Shown here in pieces: positions 49,471-58,685 of a DNA stretch of 64,000 nucleotides. A model generated the notes under the pieces. It had not been told where the DNA came from, made no database searches, and saw only the letters and a program-made list of their open reading frames with translations. Origin of the DNA: an uncultured Gammaproteobacteria bacterium (lineage in GTDB: Bacteria > Pseudomonadota > Gammaproteobacteria > Xanthomonadales > Rhodanobacteraceae); NCBI GenBank assembly GCA_963804695.1, contig CAWDRH010000001.1, forward strand, positions 425,944-489,943, in the 5' to 3' direction. The stretch's first letter is position 1. The number at the start of each line of letters is the position of its first letter. The position numbers and the translations under genes are program-made.

Positions 49471-52050
49471 CTACCAGAGCGGCCGGTTGAAATCGAAATC
49501 CGGCTGCGGCTGCGGGCGCGAAAATGCCGGACCGACGCCGTAGTCGACGCCGAGACGCAGCAGCAGATGCGCGCGCTGCAGGCTGTCCACCTCGGGCGCA
49601 ATGACGGCGACGCCGGCGCCGTGCGCCTTGCGCACCAGCGCAAGCAGGGTGTCGCTGATCGATTTGGCGTTGCCCAGTTCAGCAACCAGAGCTTCAGACA
49701 GGCGCACAAAATCTACATTGAGATTTTTCAGCGCGTGTACCGCGGCCCAGTCGCGGCCGTAATCGACCAGACAGAAGCGCACGCCGTGCTGATGCAAGGC
49801 CTTGAGTTGATCGATGCCGCGCGCGCCGGCGTCGATCAGCGCCGAGCAGGCCAGTTCGATGGTCAGTCCGGTGCCGGAAAGGTGGCGCGCCTTGAGTTCC
49901 CGTTCCAGCCACCAGGCGAATTCCGGTTCCATCGCGCTGGCGACCGCTTGCGGCACGAACAGACGCAGTTGGCGACCACGGCGGAGTTGATCCTCGCGCA
50001 CTTCGAGTGCGTGTTGCAGCAGCCAGCGATCAAGCGTGCCGATCTGGTTGCTTTCGGCGGCCACGAGTGCGAGATCGGCGTACGCGACGGTCGTCCCGGG
50101 GTGCTGCACGCTGCGCACCTTGAAGCCGAGTTCGTATTGCCCGGAAAGTTTTCCGGACAGGCGCGCAATCGGCTGGAACTCGAATTGGGTCTGCTCCGGC
50201 GTCAGCGGGCGGCTCAGTACCGCGCGCACCGCGAGCAGCGGATCGATCGGCAACAGCGCGGCTTCCTTGGCCTCGAACCAGAGCACGCGGTTGCCTCCCA
50301 TGTGCGCGGCAGCGAGTTGCGCGGCCTGGGCGTTGGTCACGATGGTATCGACGCTGACGTTTTCGCCACCGAGCATGGCCATGCCCAAGCTCGCGCTGAG
50401 CGTGTAGGCACGGCCGTTGAACTGCCAGGGCTGTTCGCCGAGCGCGGCGCGGAGGCGCTCGGCGGTCGCCGTCACTTCGCCGCGGCTGCGACGATGCAGC
50501 AAAGTGAAATAGTGGAAATCCTGGTATTGCGCAGACAAGTCCATTTCGTCGAGCTGGCTGCGCAGCAGGTTGCCGATATGCGCGTCGAGCGCCGCCAGTC
50601 CGGTCAGACCGATCTGCTCGCGCAGTTGTCCGGCGCGATCCAGAGCAACATACATCAGCGCCGCCGAGCGGTCGCCGAGCGCGGCTTCGAGTTTTTCGAT
50701 CAAGGTGGTGCGCGAATACAGGCCGGTGCGCGAATCGCGCCCGCCCGGCGTGCCGATGATTTCGCGCAGCCAATGCGCGCGTTGCGCGCGAGCCAGCACC
50801 GCGCTCAACAAATGCCGGGCTTTCACCGGCTTGAGCAGAAACTCGTCGCCGCCGGCGGCGATCGCGTCGAAGCGCTGGCCGATGTCGGCGCTGTCCGCGG
50901 CATAGATGATCGGCACGGCGGCATGTTCCGGCTGCTGGCGAATCAACTGGATCAATTCGATTCCGCGCAGGTCCGGAAGCTCGCTGTCGAGCACGATGAC
51001 GTCCGGCCGGAAATCGGACAATGCGGCCAATGCAGACTGGCCGTTGCCGGCCAGCCGGGCAGTCATGCCGCGTTCTGCCAGACAACGCGCGGCTTCCGAG
51101 CCCTGGGCACGGTTCGCATCGACGATCAGGACTCGCCATTCGGGTTGTTCGCCCTGGGCCAGCAATTCATCGAGCTTGCCGACAACGCGCAGCGAATCCA
51201 CTGGAGCGTTGAACAGCGCGCTGGCTCCGGCTCGCATCGCCAGCAAGCGATGGCCGAGATCGCCGTCGGGCGAGATGGCGATCATCGTGGGCAGACGCGT
51301 GTCGTTCAGACCGAGCTGGGCATAGAGGACGCTGACGCGCGCCATGACGCGCAACTTGCGCGCGTCCATCAGCAGGGCGCCGGGAATTGCATGACCAAGG
51401 AAATCGAGCAGGGCTTCGCTTTCGGCAAATTCCCGCACGTCGTATCCGCGCTCGTGCAAGCCGGCGACGAGTCCCGGCACGGCGCCGGCTGCCAGACCGA
51501 CCAGGCAGACCGCACGCGGAAGGTGTGTCGGCCGTGCGCTTTGGCTGGGCGTCGCCTCAGCATCTGGTTGTGGTGAAGCAACGCTATCTGCGGGCCCGGC
51601 CACCGGACTGCGCTGAGCAGCAGGCTCCGCTTTAAGTGCGGATGGTTCGGCATGCGCATCCTCTGCGCCCTCTGCGCCGGCGCGCATCCCGGGCAGGGCG
51701 TGTACCTCGGCGGTAGCGGTGGCGGACAGATCGGTGAGCACGTTGCCGAGCCGGTTGACCATGTCGGCAAGCCGCGACAGATCGCGAGTGTTGGGCAATA
51801 GATGATCGTCGACGAAGGAGCACAGGTAGGCTTCGAGCTCCAGCGCGGAACTGTTGACGTCCTCAAGCCCCATGCGTTCGCTGGTGATGGCGATCTGGTC
51901 GACTTCCTCGCCAAGCCGGCGTGCGGCGGCGTGATCCCAGCCGCCCTGTGCCAAGGGTTGCCAGCGCCGCACCAAGGTCAGGCAACGCTCACGCAACTCT
52001 TCGCGCGCGTGCTGCAAGCCGTCGACCGTCGTGGTGTCCTGACCGATCAT
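49471..52050 (-). CDS. Hpt-like/REC(degenerate)/REC/GGDEF(degenerate)/EAL(degenerate) multidomain c-di-GMP-related protein (FimX/LapD-style candidate receptor)
   Basis: Start chosen at MIGQDTT (52050). The REC domain has RVLIVDAN...DVIVLDSELPD...LLKP. The GGDEF position reads YQDFHYF. EAL signature positions read YELGF (for EALxR), LFVPQAV (for the N-containing strand), IELAC (for ExxE), VDYG (for DDFG) and APEVD (for EGVE). Confidence 0.75.
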   Translation of the reverse strand: MIGQDTTTVDGLQHAREELRERCLTLVRRWQPLAQGGWDHAAARRLGEEVDQIAITSERMGLEDVNSSALELEAYLCSFVDDHLLPNTRDLSRLADMVNRLGNVLTDLSATATAEVHALPGMRAGAEGAEDAHAEPSALKAEPAAQRSPVAGPADSVASPQPDAEATPSQSARPTHLPRAVCLVGLAAGAVPGLVAGLHERGYDVREFAESEALLDFLGHAIPGALLMDARKLRVMARVSVLYAQLGLNDTRLPTMIAISPDGDLGHRLLAMRAGASALFNAPVDSLRVVGKLDELLAQGEQPEWRVLIVDANRAQGSEAARCLAERGMTARLAGNGQSALAALSDFRPDVIVLDSELPDLRGIELIQLIRQQPEHAAVPIIYAADSADIGQRFDAIAAGGDEFLLKPVKARHLLSAVLARAQRAHWLREIIGTPGGRDSRTGLYSRTTLIEKLEAALGDRSAALMYVALDRAGQLREQIGLTGLAALDAHIGNLLRSQLDEMDLSAQYQDFHYFTLLHRRSRGEVTATAERLRAALGEQPWQFNGRAYTLSASLGMAMLGGENVSVDTIVTNAQAAQLAAAHMGGNRVLWFEAKEAALLPIDPLLAVRAVLSRPLTPEQTQFEFQPIARLSGKLSGQYELGFKVRSVQHPGTTVAYADLALVAAESNQIGTLDRWLLQHALEVREDQLRRGRQLRLFVPQAVASAMEPEFAWWLERELKARHLSGTGLTIELACSALIDAGARGIDQLKALHQHGVRFCLVDYGRDWAAVHALKNLNVDFVRLSEALVAELGNAKSISDTLLALVRKAHGAGVAVIAPEVDSLQRAHLLLRLGVDYGVGPAFSRPQPQPDFDFNRPLW

Positions 52051-52225
52051 CGTGTTTTCAATCACCTCTGTCAGGCGGCCAGAGTGTAGCGCCACCGGCT
52101 GGAAGAATGCAGGATATTTAGGCATTTGGGCGTGCTTGGGCTCACACTTCCAGCCTTGGCCGTAATGACCTTGCTGTGTTCGGCCCGGATTGGAGTTAGC
52201 ATCGGATGGCTGCCGGAGATAGTCC

Positions 52226-52648
52226 ATGAACAAGCGTTTGCACGTATGGGTCACCCTGTTGTTTGTGATGACCCTGGCCTTTGAAATAATTGTCTGGGGT
52301 GCGGCGGCACGCCTGCCCGATGTGGGTGCGAAATTGCTGGTTTCGGCGCAGCGCGAAGCGCCGCTGGTTTATTTCTACATGCGTGCCGGCGGAATCCTGG
52401 ATGCGGCCGTGCCGGAGCTGGACCGTTGGGGTGCCGATTACGCCAATGGCGCTTTGAGCGAGGGTTTCGAACGTATCAAGAGTGAGCCCTTGGTAGCAAT
52501 GGATCTGATTCTTTCGCAGACCTGGAATGCCCACCACGCCTTGCTCAAGTACTTGCGATGGGGCGCGCCAGTGCTGGGCGTGCTTGCATTGCTGCTGTGG
52601 TCGCGCCGGCCGAAGACGGTTCGCCTCATGGGTACGCGGAGGCGTTGA
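52226..52648 (+). CDS. hypothetical membrane protein
   Basis: 140 aa with N- and C-terminal hydrophobic helices (VWVTLLFVMTLAFEIIVW, APVLGVLALLLW). Confidence 0.45.
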   Translation: MNKRLHVWVTLLFVMTLAFEIIVWGAAARLPDVGAKLLVSAQREAPLVYFYMRAGGILDAAVPELDRWGADYANGALSEGFERIKSEPLVAMDLILSQTWNAHHALLKYLRWGAPVLGVLALLLWSRRPKTVRLMGTRRR

Positions 52649-52981
52649 TCCAGTCGAATTGACCGCACGGAACTCAACTGCGCCGAGGTCGATCGTGCGG
52701 AATTTGTTTATTCCTCCACAATAACAATAAGTATACGAGTGCCGCAATAGCACCCGCGGCCAGCGGCTGCGGCATTTGCAGATTCCGTGCGTAACCGCGC
52801 AGCCCAGTAGTGACGCCGGATTCATGACTTTCGGCACGGTCCGGAATCGTCTCCGGCAATTTCCCTTCTATCCGTCTGGACGTCCAATCGTCCGCAAAAC
52901 GATGCCTTGTTGTTGTCCGGACAACTTTGCTGCTACGCAATAAATAATGTTTGCAGTCAATAGGTTATGTGACGGATTTCA

Positions 52982-53010
52982 TTGACAGCGCCTCGCCATG
53001 ACGTTAACGT
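52982..53010 (+). promoter_or_regulatory. candidate sigma-70 promoter upstream of the second S53 peptidase
   Basis: TTGACA (52982-52987), a 17-nt spacer, then TAACGT (53005-53010). This rests on the sequence pattern only. Confidence 0.25.
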
Positions 53011-53237
53011 CCGCGCGCTCCGCACCGAATCAAAAGGGCGGAGTGCTCGAATCCACGGCATCCAAGTACGTTCAATTCCTTAAAGGGACAAGTGCCTGTC
53101 GCAGGCAATTCTCAGGTCCGCCAGGACCTAGGAGTTGTTGTGGCGATACTTATGGAACGGGAAGGATCGAGACGATGAAATCCCGCGGCCGCGCAAGCGG
53201 CTTCACAATTTCACCAATTCGGTGGGGAGTCACTCTC

Positions 53238-56069
53238 ATGATAGGTTCAAAGCTCACGGCCTGGCGCCGAAAAGCGTCAGGTTTCACTATAGCGTTGCTC
53301 GGATTGATCGTTGTTTGTTCCGTTGCCGTTGCCTCAGGCAGCGTCAGCGGCCCAGCCGCACGCTACAACCTGCAAGCTCTGCACGTGCCCAAGGCGATTA
53401 CGTCAGGCCAAGCAGGATTTGTGGCGGCGTTGCCGGCCAGCCAACACCTCAAACTGGCGATCAATTTGCCAGTGCGCAATCAGGCCGATCTGGATGATCT
53501 CCTGCAACAACTGCAGGATCCCAATAGTCCGAATTTCCACAAGTACTTGAGTGTGGATGAATACACGGAGCGCTTCGGGCCGACCCAGGCCGACTACAAC
53601 GAAGTGGTCAGCTGGGCCCAGGAGAAGGGATTCACAGTGACCAATGTGGCTCCCAACCGGCGCCTCGTGGACGTCGATGGCACGGTGGACGTGATCAATC
53701 ATGCGTTCAACCTGAACATGGGTTCGTATCAGCATCCGACCGAGAACCGTCAGTTCTTTGCGCCGGATCGTGAGCCTACAGTCGACTTGACCGTTCCCAT
53801 GCTTCAGGTCACGGGCCTCGACAACTACACGCTGCCGCACCGGCACCTGCAGCTTGGAAGCATCGCGCAAATCCTGCACGGCATCGCGCACGCTTCTGGT
53901 TCGGGTCCCTCCGGTGAGTATCTGCCGAGCGACATTCGCGCGGCGTACTATGGTTCCGGTTCGCTCAACGGTGCCGGCCAGTCGATCGGCATCTTCTCGT
54001 TCGACGGTTATCTTGCTGCCGACATTTCGGTCTACGAGAGCAACACCGGGATGAGCATCAGCGTGCCGATCACGAATGTGCTCGTAGACAGTTATAACGG
54101 CAAGTGCAGTGCGGATGGCACGGGTTCGGGTACCTGCGACGACGGCGAGCAGATTCTCGATATCGTCAATTCGATCGGCATGGCCCCGGGAATGGCCAAT
54201 CTTTATTTCTACGAAGGCACGAGCGATACTGACGTCCTGAACCAGATGGCGACGGACAACAAGGCCAAGGTACTCAGTTCCTCGTGGGGCTGGAGCCCAG
54301 CCGACGCCAGCAGCGATGATCCGATCTTCCAGGAGTTCCAGACTCAAGGTCAGACTTTCTGCAACGCGACTGGCGACAGTGGCGCGTTCAATAGCAGTAC
54401 CTATGATTTCCCCTCGGTCGATCCCTATATCACCCAGGTCGGCGGTACTGACCTGACGACATCTGGCCCGGGCGGCTCCTGGGTATCCGAGACCGGCTGG
54501 GCGGACAGTGGCGGCGGCTACGTCAGCGGCACGTCGATTCCTGCCTATCAGCAGCTTGCGGGCGTTATCACCAGCACGAACAAGGGCTCGACGACCTTGC
54601 GCAATTCGCCAGACATCGCGGCGGAAGCGAACTTCGACAACCCGACCGTTGTGAATGGCGCTTTCTCCACAGGTTACGGCGGCACCAGCTTTGCCACGCC
54701 GCGCTGGGCCGGCTATTTCGTCCTGGCCAATCAGCAATCGGTAGCCAACGGTCACAGCACGGTAGGCTTCGTCAACACGTCGCTGTACAACTACGGCATC
54801 AGTTCGAGCTACGACACCGATTTCCACGACATCACCAGCGGTACCAACAAGGCTTCGTCGGGTTCCGGCTCGTTCAGCGCCACCACCGGCTACGATCTGG
54901 TCACCGGTTGGGGCAGCCCGAATGGTGCGGCTTTGATCAACGCCTTGGCCGGCGGTTCGACTGCCACGGCCGACTTCTCGCTGTCGGCTTCGCCGACCAG
55001 CCTGAGCGTTGCCCAGGGGTCGAATGGCTCGAGCACGATTTCGGTGAGCGATCTGAATGGCTTCAGCGGCAGTGTTGCGTTGACCGCCTCGGGTCTGCCG
55101 TCCGGTGTGACCGCCGCCTTCAGTCCGGCGAGCACGACCAGCACGAGCACGCTGACCTTGACCGCCAGCAGCACGGCGACCACGGGCACGTCGACCGTGA
55201 CGATCACCGGCACGTCCGGCTCGTTGACGCATACGACGACAGTAAGCTTGACCGTAACCGCCACGGCGACGGCGAACTTCTCGCTTTCCGCCTCACCGAG
55301 CACGCTGAGCATCGTTCAGGGTGCGAGCGGCACCAGCACGCTCACCGTAACGCCGTCGAATGGCTTTACCGGTAGCGTAACCTTGGCGGCGTCTGGCTTG
55401 CCGTCTGGCGTGACCGCCGCGTTCGGCACCAACCCGGCGACCAGCACCAGCGTACTCACGCTGACCGCGAGCAGCACGGCGACTGCCGGCACGGCAACCG
55501 TGACCGTGACAGGTACGTCCGGTTCGTTGAGTCATACGGCGACAGTCAGCTTGACTGTAACGGCTTCGGGCGGCACGCCGACGCAGTTGCTGGTCAACAC
55601 CGGCTTCGAAACAGGCAAGGCCACTCCATGGACCATGAGCTCGGGCACGTTGTGCGACATCAGCAGCTCGTCGTCCAGCTACTGCGGCAGCGGCGAGACC
55701 TCACACGCGGGTTCCTGGTTTGCGTGGCTTGACGGTTATGGCACCTCGCACACCGATACGGTGTCGCAGTCGGTGGCGATCCCGAGCGGCAAGACGGTTG
55801 CGACCTTGCAGTATTACCTGCATATCGACACGACCAAGACCACCGCAGTCGACACCTTGACAGTACAAGTGTTGAATTCGTCGGGCACCGTCTTGGCGAC
55901 GGTTGGTTCATTCACCAATTTGAACAAGAACACCGGGTATGCGGTGGAAACCGCCAATCTGGCCGCGTATATCGGTCAGACGGTCACCATCAAGTTCACC
56001 GGCAAGGAAACTTCGTCTTCGGGCAACACTGATTTCACGCTCGACGACATCACCTTGACCGTGCAGTAA
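53238..56069 (+). CDS. secreted sedolisin-family (S53) peptidase with two tandem 101-aa Ig-like repeats and a further C-terminal domain
   Basis: The ORF is open from 52998. MIGSKLTAWRRKASGFTIALLGLIVVCSVAVASG (53238) is the best signal peptide, and 53175 is an alternative start. S53 motifs: EQILDIV (E-x3-D), NATGDSGA and GGTSFATPRWAGY. Confidence 0.85.
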   Translation: MIGSKLTAWRRKASGFTIALLGLIVVCSVAVASGSVSGPAARYNLQALHVPKAITSGQAGFVAALPASQHLKLAINLPVRNQADLDDLLQQLQDPNSPNFHKYLSVDEYTERFGPTQADYNEVVSWAQEKGFTVTNVAPNRRLVDVDGTVDVINHAFNLNMGSYQHPTENRQFFAPDREPTVDLTVPMLQVTGLDNYTLPHRHLQLGSIAQILHGIAHASGSGPSGEYLPSDIRAAYYGSGSLNGAGQSIGIFSFDGYLAADISVYESNTGMSISVPITNVLVDSYNGKCSADGTGSGTCDDGEQILDIVNSIGMAPGMANLYFYEGTSDTDVLNQMATDNKAKVLSSSWGWSPADASSDDPIFQEFQTQGQTFCNATGDSGAFNSSTYDFPSVDPYITQVGGTDLTTSGPGGSWVSETGWADSGGGYVSGTSIPAYQQLAGVITSTNKGSTTLRNSPDIAAEANFDNPTVVNGAFSTGYGGTSFATPRWAGYFVLANQQSVANGHSTVGFVNTSLYNYGISSSYDTDFHDITSGTNKASSGSGSFSATTGYDLVTGWGSPNGAALINALAGGSTATADFSLSASPTSLSVAQGSNGSSTISVSDLNGFSGSVALTASGLPSGVTAAFSPASTTSTSTLTLTASSTATTGTSTVTITGTSGSLTHTTTVSLTVTATATANFSLSASPSTLSIVQGASGTSTLTVTPSNGFTGSVTLAASGLPSGVTAAFGTNPATSTSVLTLTASSTATAGTATVTVTGTSGSLSHTATVSLTVTASGGTPTQLLVNTGFETGKATPWTMSSGTLCDISSSSSSYCGSGETSHAGSWFAWLDGYGTSHTDTVSQSVAIPSGKTVATLQYYLHIDTTKTTAVDTLTVQVLNSSGTVLATVGSFTNLNKNTGYAVETANLAAYIGQTVTIKFTGKETSSSGNTDFTLDDITLTVQ
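54969..55565 (+). repeat. in-frame tandem duplication (period 303 bp) inside the S53 gene
   Basis: ADFSLSASPTSLSVAQGSNGSSTISVSDLNGFSGSVALTASGLPSGVTAAF... aligns with ANFSLSASPSTLSIVQGASGTSTLTVTPSNGFTGSVTLAASGLPSGVTAAF... Confidence 0.9.
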
Positions 56070-56085
56070 GCGAAATCAAGGGAAT

Positions 56086-56104
56086 GGGGCGCAGGACGCG
56101 CCCC
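56086..56104 (+). terminator. GC hairpin after the S53 gene (weak T-tract)
   Basis: GGGGCGC-AGGAC-GCGCCCC followed by GGTTTCTTC. Confidence 0.4.
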
Positions 56105-56125
56105 GGTTTCTTCGCAAGTCAATCC

Positions 56126-56154
56126 AAGGGCCGCGCAATGCGGCCCTTCTTTTT
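56126..56154 (+). terminator. rho-independent terminator
   Basis: A 9-bp stem AAGGGCCGC / GCGGCCCTT with loop GCAAT is followed by CTTTTT. Confidence 0.7.
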
Positions 56155-56242
56155 GAGGCTATTTTGCCGGGCAATGCAGGCTCTTTTTATGGCGGCTGCC
56201 TCGCGACGCCGATCGCGATGGTTCAACCAATAATCACGAGCC

Positions 56243-56731
56243 CTACAACGCCTCGAACCGGTTGGCTTCACGATTCTTGCGCACGCGTGCGGGATCCCAG
56301 ACGCGTCCATTCATGGCGATGTAGACGCCGTCGGGCAGGGCTTGCATCGCGCCGACCGCGCAGCCAATGTTGAACACCGCGTCGGATCCCTGGAAGCGTG
56401 CCGGGTTGAGCGCGCCAGTCAGTACGATCACCTTGCCCGTCACGCCGGCGAGCACGCGCGCGGTTTCGACCATCGTGTCGGTGCCGTGGGTCACCAGCAC
56501 ATGCCGGTGCGGTTGCGCCTCGATGGTGCGCCGAATCAGATTGCGGTCGGCATCATCCATGTGCAGGCTGTCCTTGCGCATCAACGCGATCACGTCGAAG
56601 GCGAAGGCCACGCCGAGCGCGGTCAGGATATCGCCGATCTGCGGCGCACCGATCTGGAAGGCGGATTTGTCGTCGAAGTATATTTTGTCGATGGTGCCGC
56701 CGGTGGCGACGATGGTCAGGTGCTGAAGCAT
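56243..56731 (-). CDS. short asparaginase-domain protein
   Basis: Start chosen at MLQHLTIVATGGTIDK (asparaginase N-terminal threonine motif), with later VLVTHGTDTM. About 162 aa. Confidence 0.75.
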   Translation of the reverse strand: MLQHLTIVATGGTIDKIYFDDKSAFQIGAPQIGDILTALGVAFAFDVIALMRKDSLHMDDADRNLIRRTIEAQPHRHVLVTHGTDTMVETARVLAGVTGKVIVLTGALNPARFQGSDAVFNIGCAVGAMQALPDGVYIAMNGRVWDPARVRKNREANRFEAL

Positions 56732-56803
56732 GGGTTGACGTCCGCGTAACGTATGCCAGAGTTTAGCAAGGGTTGAATGCCGAGCGCCGAAGTGATGATA
56801 GAC

Positions 56804-56914
56804 GTCATCCCGGCAAGGAATGCCGGGAACCAGACTGCATGGATGCGATGTTGCCGAGGCGTCAGAGATTGGCATCCCTGGCTACTGGATTCCGGCACTC
56901 CTTGCCGGAATGAC
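56804..56914. repeat. MITE/REP-like element copy 5 (111 bp)
   Basis: GTCATCCCGGCAAGGAATGCCGGGAACCAGACTGCATGGATGC ... CTGGATTCCGGCACTCCTTGCCGGAATGAC. Confidence 0.9.
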
Positions 56915-56956
56915 GGGTTGGAATACCAAGCGTATGCAACATTCTCATCCTTACGC

Positions 56957-58627
56957 TCAGTAGCTGTCGCTCGCCAGCATCTGCGAGTCCGCCAGGCCAT
57001 TCGACTTCAGCCGCAAGAGGCCGTGCTCGGCAAAGCGCCGCGCAGCGGCAACGGGGCGTGGATCGTTCTCCGCGCGCAGCGACCATTCGGCGTGGCGTGC
57101 GAGCAGGCTCAGGGCAAGGGTACGCGCCAGGCCGATCGCGATTTCACGAGCTCCAGCTTCGATGCGATCACGTTCTCCTGCGGATGCCTTCTGCAGCCAT
57201 TCGGTGATTTTCGTCGCGCCCTCGCGGGCGACGCGCACACAGGATTCGAGCTCGCTCGCCTGCACCTGTGACAGGATCGCGCGCTGTGCGCTGAGCAAGG
57301 GTTGCAGTCCGCCGGTGCCACGGAACGCACGCAGGAAATCCAGCGCCTGCACGTTGCTGGTGCCTTCCCAGATCGACCACACCTGGGCGTCGCGCAGTAA
57401 TTGTGGGATGCCGGTATCTTCAAGATAACCCATGCCGCCAAAACATTCGCAGGCTTCAGAGGCGATCGCCGTGGCGAGCTTGCCGGTCCACAGTTTCACC
57501 AGCGGCGTGAGCAGACGCAGCAGATTCTGTTGGGCCTCGTCGGCTTGGCCGCTCTGCACGCGGCCGAGCAGTTCGGTGACGTAGAACGTCAAATGGAATG
57601 CGGCCTCGAACTCGGCCTGCATGCCGGCCAGGGTATCCTGATGCAGCGGCTGTTCTGCCAATGGACGGCCGAATACGATACGACGATTGGCGTAGTCACG
57701 CGCCAACGCGATGCCGCGGCGCATGGTGCCGAGCGCGCCGATCGCATTCCAGGTGCGGGTGATATTGAGCATCGGTGCAATCTGGCGCACACCATGCTTG
57801 GCTAGGCCGACGAGTTCGGCCGGGGCGCCATCGAGATGGATTTCCGCGGTCGGCAATTCGCGTGTACCGAGTTTGTCCTTGAGCCGGTCGAGCACGATAT
57901 TGCGCCAGCGGCCATCGGGTTTTTGCGGTTCGAGATAGAACAGGGCCAGACTGTCTGAACCGGGCGCTGACCCAGCCGGTCGCGCCAGGGCCAGCGCGGT
58001 TTGCGCATTGATCGCCGAGGTGAACCATTTGCGTCCGTACAGGCGCCAGCGGCCATTTTCCTCGCGCGCAATGGTTTCCGTGCCGGCGACATCCGAGCCG
58101 CCGGCGTTCTCGGTCATCCATTGCCCGGAAATCCAGAATTGCTCCGGATCGCGGCTTAGATAGTGCGGCAGCGCGCGGCCGATCAACAACTGGTTTCCGG
58201 AGGCCTTCAGGGCGGTCGCCGCGCCGTCGGTCATCGCCAGCGGACAGGTGTAGAACTCGCTGGCACAATGGAACAAGTATACCATTGCAAATTGATGCAC
58301 CCGAGCCGATGCGCCATGAGTGATTTCGTGACCGGCTGCGACCAAGCCATGGCGTGCGGCCAGCGGTTGTGCCGCCTGCCACGCCGGAGTCAGTTCGATC
58401 CGGTCGACACGCTCGCCCCAGGCATTCCAGTGCGTGAGCTTCGGTTCGCAGCGTTCGCGCAGGCGCGCTTGTGCCCAGGCGCTGGAAGCATATTCGCCGA
58501 GATCGGTCAGATCGCCTTCGATGGCCGTCAGCGTCGGCGGTGGCAACACGCGGCGCAGATACGAGCGCAGCACGCGATCGTCGAGATACTGATTGCTCAG
58601 CATCGGTGCGGCTTGCTGGAAGGACAT
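56957..58627 (-). CDS. acyl-CoA dehydrogenase family protein (AidB-like long form)
   Basis: Start chosen at MSFQQAAPMLSNQY. ACAD middle and C-terminal patterns are present (..GQWMTENAGGSDV.., ..FGGMGYLEDTGIPQLLRDAQV..IWEGTSN). Confidence 0.8.
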   Translation of the reverse strand: MSFQQAAPMLSNQYLDDRVLRSYLRRVLPPPTLTAIEGDLTDLGEYASSAWAQARLRERCEPKLTHWNAWGERVDRIELTPAWQAAQPLAARHGLVAAGHEITHGASARVHQFAMVYLFHCASEFYTCPLAMTDGAATALKASGNQLLIGRALPHYLSRDPEQFWISGQWMTENAGGSDVAGTETIAREENGRWRLYGRKWFTSAINAQTALALARPAGSAPGSDSLALFYLEPQKPDGRWRNIVLDRLKDKLGTRELPTAEIHLDGAPAELVGLAKHGVRQIAPMLNITRTWNAIGALGTMRRGIALARDYANRRIVFGRPLAEQPLHQDTLAGMQAEFEAAFHLTFYVTELLGRVQSGQADEAQQNLLRLLTPLVKLWTGKLATAIASEACECFGGMGYLEDTGIPQLLRDAQVWSIWEGTSNVQALDFLRAFRGTGGLQPLLSAQRAILSQVQASELESCVRVAREGATKITEWLQKASAGERDRIEAGAREIAIGLARTLALSLLARHAEWSLRAENDPRPVAAARRFAEHGLLRLKSNGLADSQMLASDSY

Positions 58628-58685
58628 GGGCGAATCCCGGGTGTGACTTTGCGACGTTACACGTATACTAAAAAATCGACAAGCT

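Noticed and set aside
54969-55565. Regularly spaced repeats that might be mistaken for a CRISPR or VNTR array. The same consideration applies to the GCT/GCC run at 29020-29050
   Set aside because: They are in-frame protein-domain duplications and an Ala-rich linker inside ORFs. There is no short repeat-spacer periodicity anywhere in the window.
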